Source of the DNA: Octopus sinensis
Taxonomy: Eukaryota
Length of the DNA stretch: 17,775 nucleotides
Direction: 5' to 3'
NCBI RefSeq assembly: GCF_006345805.1
Contig: NW_021824609.1
Location: 1 to 17,775, forward strand
The position numbers and the translations under genes are program-made. The notes beneath the pieces are model-generated. The model worked only from the letters and a program-made list of their open reading frames with translations. It was not told where the DNA came from and did not search any database. Of the stretch, positions 1 to 9,352 are shown in pieces (within the stretch, counting starts at the first letter, position 1; each line of letters begins with the position of its first letter).

Positions 1-83
1 TATCGTCGAGCTCTTTCCGGAAGTTATATTTATAAATATATACGAACATGTCTAGGTATGCAAACTATATGCATGAGAATACA

Positions 84-183
84 TACATAGAACATACAAA
101 TCTGAACATACATACATAATACATACTAATACCTACATTACATACATATACTACATACATACATACATACTACATACATACAT
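84..183. repeat. (TACA)n/(CATA)n degenerate microsatellite
   Basis: Directly visible catacatacatac runs, abutting the SINE-A head fragment. Confidence 0.9.
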
Positions 184-353
184 ATATCGACGGGCTGCCC
201 GCACAATGTGCGTCAACCAATAAGGCATTAGTCCGCTCAGGGCCATAGTAGAAACATTAGAAGGCATTTGTCCGGAGTACTGTTTGCGTGGGACTGAACC
301 AAGAACACTGAGTTTCAAAGAGAGATTCTTCACATACAGCCTTGCCTGTGCCT
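184..353 (-). mobile_element. Diverged tRNA-derived SINE, group A, 5' half
   Basis: Aligns by eye to the cleaner copies at 6983-7087 and 8697-8838 (catagtagaa...gtgggactgaacc...acagcc). The minus strand carries a B-box-like ggttcagtccc. Confidence 0.65.
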
Positions 354-732
354 AAATGTCAAAGTATCAGAAACTTTTCACTGAAATTGAAATGGCGGAT
401 CGGCTGTTTGAAATTACAAAGCAAATATTTGTTCTACGCAAACATTTTATTCCCAGTCCGTTGATTTCAATCTGATAAAATAGTTTGTCGATTTATTGAT
501 TTTATCTCTACACAGGCCTCCAATTAGATGTTTCATTACTGCTTTCAGTATTCGAATATTCTTACAAGCAATTCCTTCCTTAATTCTTCAAATTTTGTTC
601 GAATGTCGGATACGGGTAACTCGGAGTTAGAAGATTTGAAGTTTTAGCATTGATGATCGATATTTTAATACTCTTCTTTCAATAATAAGTAACTTGGTTT
701 TGGTATTAATTTTTTTATACTGCAGACTTTAG

Positions 733-1042
733 AGTCTTCGGCCACGAATGACCATAAGATTGCACCTAGAAAGTTTCTCTCCGAGGTACTAATTCCTCTC
801 CAAGGTTGTTTGTGGAAGACCACTAGTCGTCCATACATACCAGCTTCCCCACTGATGTTTATCCAAGGGAAAGGCAAAGGGGCCGATACAGCTTGGTGCC
901 TGTGACGTCGCAACTCATTTCTACAGCTGAGTGAACTGGAGCAACGTGAAATAAAGTGTCTTGCTCAAGAACACAGCCGGTCCGGGTTATCGAACTCATT
1001 ACCTATCAGGGAGCTCGATGCTCTAACCACTGAGGAATGCAC
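733..1042 (-). mobile_element. tRNA-derived SINE, group C
   Basis: Minus strand: A-box-like tcagtggttag (1023-1033), B-box gagttcgataacc (985-997), then the post-tRNA segment gtgttcttgagcaagacactttatttcacgttgctccagt. That segment is shared with the copies at 4119 and 9642. Confidence 0.8.
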
Positions 1043-1044
1043 CA

Positions 1045-1118
1045 TATATATCATATATATATATAATATATATATATAGTATAGATATATATATATAATA
1101 TATATTATATATTATATT
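1045..1118. repeat. (TA)n microsatellite
   Basis: Direct; left flank of the 545-bp array. Confidence 0.95.
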
Positions 1119-2719
1119 AAAAGGGCTTAGTAAAATAAATTACTTTGCCGCATACTGAACTCATTAGAAATAGCAGCTAAAAACTTTTTTAAGGCTATTT
1201 CTAATACTTAAAGAAAATCTCTCTCATATATAGTGTTTGTTAATTAATTCAACTCACAAAAGTTTGGGGGTAAGGACATCGAAAAATCAAATGCTAAGGT
1301 TATTCGAGAACGTACGTTTCAAGATTAGTCAAAACAACATTTCTATCATCGGCTCAGAAATTCCTTGGTTTGGATTTGGAAACACTGAAAATAAGAACAT
1401 ACCCTTTCGAAGATCTGCTCCCAACTAACAGTGCCAACAAATTCAAAATAAGCAAGCGAAGAATCTCTGTCTCCCCTTTCCACCAGCGTGGTTAAAATCA
1501 TCAAACACTATGCTTATTTCGGTAAAATCCGAAGCATTAATCAGAGGGAGATTAATTATAATTTCAACAATTGAGGGCAAAATTAATTAATTATTAATCA
1601 ATTTCACCAAGTGTTCAGTATGCAAAGGGACCATTCAAGGCGAATTCAAATTATTACATTATATAAAAGGGCTTAGTAAAATAAATTACTTTGCCGCATA
1701 CTGAACTCATTAGAAATAGCAGCTAAAAAACTTTTTTAAGGCTATTTCTAATACTTAAAGAAAATCTCTCATATATAGTGTTTGCTTAATTCAACTCACA
1801 AAAGTTGGGGGTAAGGACATCGAAAAATCAAATGCTAAGGTTATTCGAGAACGTACGTTTCAAGATTAGTCAAAACAACATTTCTATCATCGGCTCAGAA
1901 ATTCCTTGGTTTGGATTGGAAACACTGAAAATAAGAACATACCCTTTCGAAGATCTGCTCCCAACTAACAGTGCCAACAAATTCAAAATAAGCAAGCGAA
2001 GAATCTGTTCTCCCCTTTCCACCAGCGGGGTTAAAATCATCAAACACTATGCTTATTTCGGTAAAATCCGAAGATTAATCAGAGGGAGATTAATTATAAT
2101 TTCAACAATTGAGGGCAAAATTATTAATTATTAATCAATTTCACCAAGTGTTCAGTATGCAAAGGGACCATTCAAGGCGAATTCAAATTATTACATTAAT
2201 AACAGGGCTTAGTAAAATAAATTACTTTGCCGCATTACTGAACTCATTAGAAATAGCAGCTAAAAAACTTTTTTAAGGCTATTTCGAATACTTAAGAAAA
2301 TCTCTCTCATAATAGTGTTTGACTTAATTCAACTCACAAAAGTTTGGTGGGTAGGTAAGGACATCGAAAAATCAAATGCTAAGGTTATTCGAGAACGTAC
2401 GTTTCAAATAGTCAAACAACATTTCTATCATCGGCTCAGAAATTCCTTGGTTTGGATCGGAAACACTGAAAATAAGAACATACCCTTTCGAAGATCTGCC
2501 TCCCAAATAACAGTGCCAACAAATTCAAAATAAGCAGCGAAGAATCTCTGGCTCCCCTTTCCACCAGCGTGGGTTAAAATCATCAAACCCTATGCTTATT
2601 TCGGTAAAATCCGAAGCATTAATCAGAGGGAGATTAATTATAATTTCAACAATTGAGGGCCAAATTAATTAATTATTAATCAATTTCACCAAGTGTGTCA
2701 GTATGCAAAGGGACCATTC

Positions 2720-2720
<1 letters not shown>
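1119..2720 (+). repeat. Head-to-tail tandem array of a ~545-bp unit (two full copies plus one nearly full)
   Basis: The marker gggcttagtaaaataaattactttgccgca starts at 1123, 1669 and 2205 (periods 546 and 536). Copies differ mainly by 1-nt indels. Confidence 0.97.
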
Positions 2721-3890
<1,170 letters not shown>

Positions 3891-4101
3891 CGGGGTGTGT
3901 TGAAATGTTCCTGGATTTGAATAAAAGGAAATACATGGGATTCAGTTAATTATAGTTTTATCCAACATGTTCCCCTCTCAGATTCACACACTTATTGCAG
4001 CAGTCCTTCAGTTTTTCTATGTCCTGTAAAAAAACTCGGAAGAATGGGCCTCCAGCCAGGCCTATTGCAATATCTTTAAAGTCAGGAACAACGCCACTTC
4101 G
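3891..4101 (-). mobile_element. Short non-autonomous mariner derivative retaining the transposase C-terminus
   Basis: Minus strand 4032-3958 reads FLQDIEKLKDCCNKCVNLRGEHVG*, matching the mariner C-terminal pattern (GIxKLxxRWxKCVxxxGxYVE*). Imperfect TIRs: cggggtgtgttgaaatgttcctggattt (preceded by TA) and aaagtcaggaacaac. Confidence 0.75.
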
Positions 4102-4118
4102 CGCGCGCGCATGTGTTA

Positions 4119-4407
4119 AGGCGCGTGGTTAGGGCGTTGCAGTTACGATCGCTAGATCATGGGTTCGGATCTCGGACCGAGCCATGCGTTCTGTTCTTGA
4201 GCAAAGCGCTTCATTTCCCGTTCCTCATCGATCTCTTCGACACCTGACGTGTATCACACTTGTGCACCTGCACAGACAACGTCGAGTTGATGGAGGGAGT
4301 GAACTAATGTACAAAAACATACATTTGATGATCACTATTGGGCAGGTCGTTTACTAAAAGCTGTGCAGTCATACGCGTACGTCGTCATCGACAGGAGATT
4401 CCATCAT
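4119..4407 (+). mobile_element. tRNA-derived SINE, group C, diverged, with a different 3' body
   Basis: ggcgcgtggttag (shortened A-box), gggttcggatctc (B-box), then gttcttgagcaaagcgcttcatttcccgtt matching the group C post-tRNA segment. Confidence 0.7.
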
Positions 4408-4957
4408 ATTTACATGCACGCACATACATATATATACACACACGCACATACAGAGAGAGACATCGAAACAGTGTGTGTGTGAGAGAGAGAGAGAGAGATT
4501 AAATGTAGAGAAGCATAAGCTTCCAAATAGTTCAACAGTTGTTTCATTACGATAAACAGTAAATGTAACATGATATAATCATGATACCTTGGATTTATTT
4601 TTTATGCCTAGACATCAATTCCCGCTCTTTCTTTTCTCCTTCATTCTCACTCCCTCTTTCTATATAAACACTCACGCGTATATATACTCGTTTGTACGAT
4701 CTGTTACCTTGTGTTATCTTTGTTTCAATAACAAACTATAAAATAAATTTTTCGTATTATTTCGAGTTTCGTCTGCAGTGTATCAGACCCTAATAACCAT
4801 ATCTGATAGGAGTTAGTCACTCAAGAAATAACGGTTCTATCGCAACGAGTTGAAACTGCGAAGATCCCAAGATAGAGGGCTGATGAGGGGCGTCACTTCG
4901 TATGTCCCATCTTTTATGTATTTTCACTGCATGTGCCAAATTTCTTAAGCGCTCGCA

Positions 4958-4961
4958 CACA

Positions 4962-5006
<45 letters not shown>
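4958..5006. repeat. (CA)n microsatellite
   Basis: Direct. Confidence 0.95.
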
Positions 5007-5008
<2 letters not shown>

Positions 5009-5162
5009 TTTTTACTCGTGGGAAAATTGTGTGGCAGAATTAAATGAAGCGTAAGAGCAAAAGAATAGGATAAAATATGTCCCCAACTTTTTGGTATAAA
5101 ATGTACGGGAACAATATATTGGAGATAACATTGCACTCAAGAAAATATCGTTTTCTGCACGC

Positions 5163-5281
5163 ATGTGTGTATGAATGTATGTATGTATGTATGTATGAAT
5201 GCGTATATATGTACATATATATGTACACACACAAATATACATATGCACATATATATATAAATATATATATATATTTGTATG

Positions 5282-5330
<49 letters not shown>

Positions 5331-5363
5331 ATATATATATATATGTATGTATATATATATGTG

Positions 5364-5394
<31 letters not shown>

Positions 5395-5425
5395 ATGTAT
5401 ATATATATATATAATCGTACATATG
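5163..5425. repeat. Compound (TA)/(TATG)/(TG) microsatellite
   Basis: Direct; source of the YIYI/VCVC pseudo-ORFs. Confidence 0.95.
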
Positions 5426-5774
5426 TATATAAACTCAGAGGGAGAGGGGGGAGAGAGAGGAGTGGGTCGTGTGAAAAAGAAAGAAAGTGTGTATCTTAGA
5501 TAGAGATCGATAAATCTATGATGGATCGCGCGACTGACAGATCAATTTCGACGCCATACTTAATAACTAAACAGACGAGCGCAATCAAAGCAGTGTTTAC
5601 TCGATGTTAATTGTTGTTGTTGTTGTTAGTGCGTTCGTGTTTGTGTTGCTAACGTTGTTGTTAATGCGGCATTGCCGTTGTTGTTGTTGTTAATGTTTTT
5701 GTTGTTGCTAAGGTGTCCTCAGCTGATGTCTGAAGCTTTTACACGCTGTTAGCCATCGAGGTTGCTGCTATGCG

Positions 5775-5930
5775 TCCTTCTTCTTCTTCTTCTTCTTCTT
5801 CTTCTTCTTCTTCTTCTTCTTCTTCTTCTTCTTCTTCTCCCCTTCCTCCTCCTCCTCCTTCTTCACTTCCTCTCTTCTTCTTCTTCTTCTTCTTCTTCTT
5901 CTTCTTCTTCTTCTTCTTCTTCTTCCCCTT
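5775..5930. repeat. (TCT)n-(CCT)n-(TCT)n polypyrimidine tract
   Basis: About 156 nt of pyrimidines interrupted by a single A at 5865. Confidence 0.95.
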
Positions 5931-6154
5931 GTTGCTCTATGTTCTTGTTCTTATTGTTCTTCTTGTCATATGAGATTCCACCTTTTGAAATATTCTATAT
6001 GGGACCAAATTTACCGAAAACTTTACCACACACACACACACATACAAGCATGCATATAAGTACACACAAGCACACGCACACATTCGCATATCCCAGTATA
6101 CATTGGTGATGGTGATGGTGATGGTGGATGGTACTTGTAACAGTCATAAAGATA

Positions 6155-6286
6155 TTCTTTTCTACTCTAGGCGCAAGGCCTGAAATTTTTGGGGAGGAGT
6201 TCCAGTCGATTAGATCCATCCCAGTACGCAACTGGTCGACCCTGAAAGGATAAAAGACAAAGTCGACCTCGGCGTAGTTTGAACTA
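6155..6286 (-). mobile_element. SINE group B, tail type B1; 5'-truncated with a small internal deletion
   Basis: Reverse complement of the 3' part of 6402-6613; lacks the tacttaattta segment seen in other copies. Confidence 0.85.
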
Positions 6287-6401
6287 TCGTCGTTGGCGCC
6301 GTTATTTATCCTTTCCCCCCCCCCCTCTCTCTCTCTCTCTGCGCATGTGTAAGAGTGAACAGTGTCTGTCACTCTGTGTGTATAATATCCCTTTTATTTC
6401 C

Positions 6402-6613
6402 GTCGGCGAACTGGCAGAAACGTTAGCACGCCGGGCGAAATGCTCAGCGGTATTTCGTCTGTCTTTACGTTCTGAGTTCAAATTCCGCCGAGGTCGACTT
6501 TGCCTTTCATCCTTTCGGGGTCGATAAATTAAGCACCACTTGTGTATTGGGTCAACCTAATCGACTGGCCCACTCCCCCAAAAAATCGGGCCTTGTGCCT
6601 AGAGTAGAAAAGA
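6402..6613 (+). mobile_element. Full-length tRNA-derived SINE group B, tail B1
   Basis: A-box tggcagaaacgttag (6412-6426), B-box gagttcaaattcc (6474-6486), core gtcgactttgcctttcatcctttcggggtcgataaattaag, tail ending gtgcctagagtagaaaaga. About nine related copies occur in the window. Confidence 0.9.
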
Positions 6614-6741
6614 TTTTTGTCCATTCGCAGGCAGTTATAACTCTATTAATCTGTGATGGTTTCTGATTTATGCAAGTGACCAGCAAATTTTAGATAGAAG
6701 AGTTAGTCGGTACCATCGAGTCCAGTATCTGATCGGTACTT

Positions 6742-6885
6742 TAACTTAGCGGTTCGGCATAAGAAACGATAAAGTAAGTACTAGGCTTAACAAAATTAAG
6801 TACCAGGCTCAAGTCATTCGCCTAAAAGTTCTTCAAGGCAGTGCCCTAGCATGGCCGCAGTTAAATGACCGAAACAAGTAAAAGA
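6742..6885 (+). mobile_element. SINE group A-type 3' half
   Basis: taacttagcggttcggca...agtactaggctta...gtgccctagcatggccgcag...gaaacaagtaaaaga; homologous to 7370-7509, 8850-9058 and 17309-17372. Confidence 0.8.
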
Positions 6886-6886
6886 C

Positions 6887-7087
6887 ATTCTTTTCTACTC
6901 TAGGCACAAGGCCCAAAATTTTGGGGGAGAGGGGAGCAGTCAATTAGATCGAGCCCAGTATGCAACTGGTACTTAATTTATAGCCCGAGGCTATAGTAGA
7001 GGACACTTGCCCAAGGTGCCACGCAGTGAAACTGAACCCAGAACCATATAGTTCGTAAGCAAGCTACTTACCACACAGCCACTCCTA
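6887..7087 (-). mobile_element. Composite SINE: group A tRNA head (7087-6983) joined to group B core and B1 tail (6980-6887)
   Basis: 6983-7087 matches 8697-8838; 6887-6980 matches the reverse complement of the 3' end of 6402-6613; only 2 nt separate them. Confidence 0.8.
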
Positions 7088-7127
7088 CGTCTCTTTAAAT
7101 TCTGCGTTCAAATTCCGCCGAAATTAA

Positions 7128-7279
7128 TTTGCTCAGTCAACCATTCATCGACACCTGCGCTAGAAGAAAAACGACCATGTTTGGTTTCAAGACGAAAGGT
7201 GTTCTTCCATCAGGATAATGCTCAGCCACATACAGTGAGGATGACATTCCAAAGGCTGGAGCAGTTTTAAGGGGAAACA
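7128..7279 (+). pseudogene. Mariner transposase relic, internally deleted
   Basis: 7157-7279 reads ALEEKRPCLVSRRKVFFHQDNAQPHTVRMTFQRLEQF*GET, containing the mariner HxDNAxPH catalytic motif in its usual context. 7128-7157 in another frame reads FAQSTIHRHL, resembling the mariner HTH segment STIHRHL. Confidence 0.85.
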
Positions 7280-7288
7280 GACACACAA

Positions 7289-7364
<76 letters not shown>

Positions 7365-7509
7365 GTATGTATGTTTGTGTGTCTGTGTTTGTCCCCCCAA
7401 CATCGCTTGACAACCGATGCTTGTGTGTTTATGTCCCCCGTAACTTAGCGGTTCAGCAAAAGAGACCGATAGAATAAATACTAGGCTTACAAAGAATAAG
7501 TCCTGGGGT
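7280..7509 (+). mobile_element. (CA)n/(TA)n tract followed by a SINE group A 3' half (7370-7509)
   Basis: gtttgtccccccaacatcgcttgacaaccgatg...gtaacttagcggttcagcaaaagagaccgatagaataaatactaggcttacaaagaataagtcctggggt; homologous to 6742 and 8850. Confidence 0.85.
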
Positions 7510-7853
7510 GGTCTCACATCATTCACGTTTTCGTTTTTGTCTATAGAGTTAGGAAGAAGGAAAAGTTTCGATTTTTTAATAAATTTACAGCTACTAACCG
7601 TCCTCTTATGTTCTACAAATGTTGCTTGTTGGTGCAGTTGCTTCGCAGTAAAATGACTTAATTCTGGATGCAGACCATCCCAATATGGTTTCAATCGATT
7701 CATATTGCCAACAGCAGGGTTTTGTTTCACTTTTTCGTAGTAGTTAAATAGATCAGTGTGGAATTCATAACTCCAACAGAAATGAGTTTTGTAATTACGG
7801 TTACCTGTTGAGCTGTTGTCTTCGTTCTGTTCCTCGGTAATGCTGTTGATGTG
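7510..7853 (-). pseudogene. Probable N-terminal relic of an RLE-type (R4/Dong-like) non-LTR retrotransposon ORF
   Basis: Stop-free minus frame from 7853 includes FCWSYEFHTDLFNYYEKVKQNPAVGNMNRLKPYWDGLHPELSHFTAKQLHQQATFVE. This resembles, from memory, the W...N..L..CY......GY..RM...W...HP......L..Q pattern at R4-clade ORF N-termini. No RT motifs are present. Confidence 0.5.
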
Positions 7854-7888
7854 TCAAGCCATGTTGGTAGTATGCCACACTTGGTTGG

Positions 7889-7890
<2 letters not shown>

Positions 7891-7924
<34 letters not shown>

Positions 7925-7947
7925 TGTGTGTGTGTGTGTGTGTGTGT
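7891..7947. repeat. (TA)n(TG)n microsatellite
   Basis: Direct. Confidence 0.95.
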
Positions 7948-8134
7948 CCGGCATTCACCATGATAGATCGTTAGCCACTAAATTTTTTTCTATTTTCCCT
8001 CTCTGTTTATTTCTGTTTTCCTTTCTGTCGATGAGCGAAGGCTCGAAACGTAAAAGACTTTCTTACTTCCCGAGCGTTAAACTAATACATCTGTTTGTTG
8101 TTTACACACCCGTCTTCATATTTTTTTGTAAATT

Positions 8135-8146
8135 CTCTCTCTCTCA

Positions 8147-8217
<71 letters not shown>

Positions 8218-8230
8218 TCTATATATATAT
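8135..8230. repeat. (CT)n then (TA)n microsatellite
   Basis: Direct. Confidence 0.95.
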
Positions 8231-8333
8231 TGTATTTCGGGATGGTCGATTTTTCTTTTTCCCAAATAAACACACGTACTATATATTTGTTCTTCACTCG
8301 TTTATTATTTTCGTTATTTTAACTCATGTCCAT

Positions 8334-8378
8334 TGTCTGGATATCTTTCGTCACACATCTGTGACCTCTTCAGCGACA
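8334..8378 (-). ncRNA. Minimal type-I hammerhead-ribozyme-like motif (left arm)
   Basis: Minus strand: UGUCG-CUGAAGA-G-GUCACA-GAUG-UGUGAC-GAAA-GAUAU-C-CAGACA. Core boxes intact, perfect 6-bp stem II, stem I with one bulge, stem III degenerate. Confidence 0.6.
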
Positions 8379-8474
8379 CTTTTCGTTTTCGTGTGTACGC
8401 TTACACATAAGGATACATATCACAGAAGAGCAGAATGGAGTAAGTGGGGCAAGAGCACATACGAAAACGAAAAG

Positions 8475-8519
8475 TGTCGCTGAAGAGGTCATAGATATGT
8501 GATGAAAGATTTCCGAACA
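8475..8519 (+). ncRNA. Minimal type-I hammerhead-ribozyme-like motif (right arm)
   Basis: UGUCG-CUGAAGA-G-GUCAUA-GAUA-UGUGAU-GAAA-GAUUU-C-CGAACA. Stem II has 6 bp including two G-U pairs; cleavage triplet UUC; stem I with one bulge. Confidence 0.55.
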
Positions 8520-8696
8520 ATGAACATGAGTTATAATATGAACAATAATAAACGGGTGAAGAACAAATATATAGTGCGTGTGTTCATTTGACAAAAAAAA
8601 ATGACCGTCCCGAAATACAATAATATCGGTTTCAACACACGATTTCGCATCAGGAATCTTGGAACACAAACTCATAAACGTATAATATATATATAT

Positions 8697-8838
8697 CAGT
8701 TTCCGTCTACCAAATCCACTCACAAAGCTTTGGTCGGCCTGAGGCTGTAGAGTAGAAGACACTCACCCAAGGTGCCATGCAGTGGGACTGAACCCGGAAA
8801 CAATGTGGTTTGGAAGCAAGCTTCTTACCACAGAGCCA
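8697..8838 (-). mobile_element. SINE group A 5' half
   Basis: Minus strand: tggctctgtggtaag (A-box) and gggttcagtccc (B-box), then caccttgggtgagtgtcttctact; runs into (TA)n at 8681-8696. Confidence 0.85.
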
Positions 8839-8849
8839 CAAATTTATCG

Positions 8850-9058
8850 TATGTGTGCATTCGTGTCATTGTTTGCCCCTCCCCCCGCTCCAACCCTTGA
8901 CAACCAGAGTTGGTTAGTAACTTAGCGGTTCAGACAAAGAACTTGATAGAATAAGTACCTGACTGAAGGAAAAAAAAAGAAGTTTTAGGATCGATTTGTT
9001 CGTATAAAATACTTGAAAACAGTGCCCCAGCATGGCCGCAGTCCAAAGACTGTAACAG
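8850..9058 (+). mobile_element. SINE group A 3' half, diverged
   Basis: cttgacaacc...gtaacttagcggttcag...gatagaataagtacc...gtgccccagcatggccgcagtc; homologous to 7370 and 6742. Confidence 0.75.
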
Positions 9059-9181
9059 ATGGAGACATTAAACGATTCTTTGTTCTCCCCTATTCGGTTT
9101 TGTTGTTATCGGTCTTGTTATTGTTATTGTTGTTGCTGTTATTTGTGTTCCACCCCTTTACCAATCTCCCATTCAGTTCTT

Positions 9182-9352
9182 AATTTTGGGGGAGGGGGCC
9201 AGTCGATTTGATCGACCTCAGTATGCAATTGGTACTTAATTTATCGACCTCCAAAAGGATGAAAGGCAAAGTCGACTCGGTGGAATTTGAACTCAGAACG
9301 CAGCGGCGGACGAAATACTGCTGAGCATTTCGTCCGGCGTGCTAACGTTTCT
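9182..9352 (-). mobile_element. SINE group B, tail B1, clipped at both ends
   Basis: Reverse complement of 6402-6613. Confidence 0.85.

Larger units (their letters stand above)
8229..8622. mobile_element. Fold-back element: ~172-bp inverted arms (8229-8402, 8451-8622), 48-bp spacer, TA-rich flanks
   Basis: Arms align end to end at roughly 85% identity by eye: tattgtatttcgggatggtc vs gaccgtcccgaaatacaata, and gacctcttcagcgacacttttcgttttcgt vs acgaaaacgaaaagtgtcgctgaagaggtc. Confidence 0.92.

Noticed and set aside
516-615. Possible 100-nt internal exon (ttttatctctacacAG ... GTaact) with one open frame PPIRCFITAFSIRIFLQAIPSLILQILFECRIR
   Set aside because: Splice-like signals are common by chance, the peptide is unrecognisable, and there is no partner exon; RNA-seq would be needed.
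2621-2719. Simple missed-adapter palindrome as the explanation of the inversion
   Set aside because: The centre has a 99-bp loop of unit sequence and no adapter sequence, unlike a symmetric missed-adapter read. Other chimeric-read artefacts are not excluded.
6402-6490. tRNA genes at the A-box/B-box motifs (also 985-1033, 4119-4180, 7020-7087, 8780-8838, 9650-9700)
   Set aside because: A-to-B spacing and absent cloverleaf arms, plus attached SINE bodies, indicate tRNA-derived SINE heads.
4817-6527. ORFs rich in CV, YI, ER, poly-L/S/F
   Set aside because: Translations of di- and trinucleotide microsatellites or SINE sequence.
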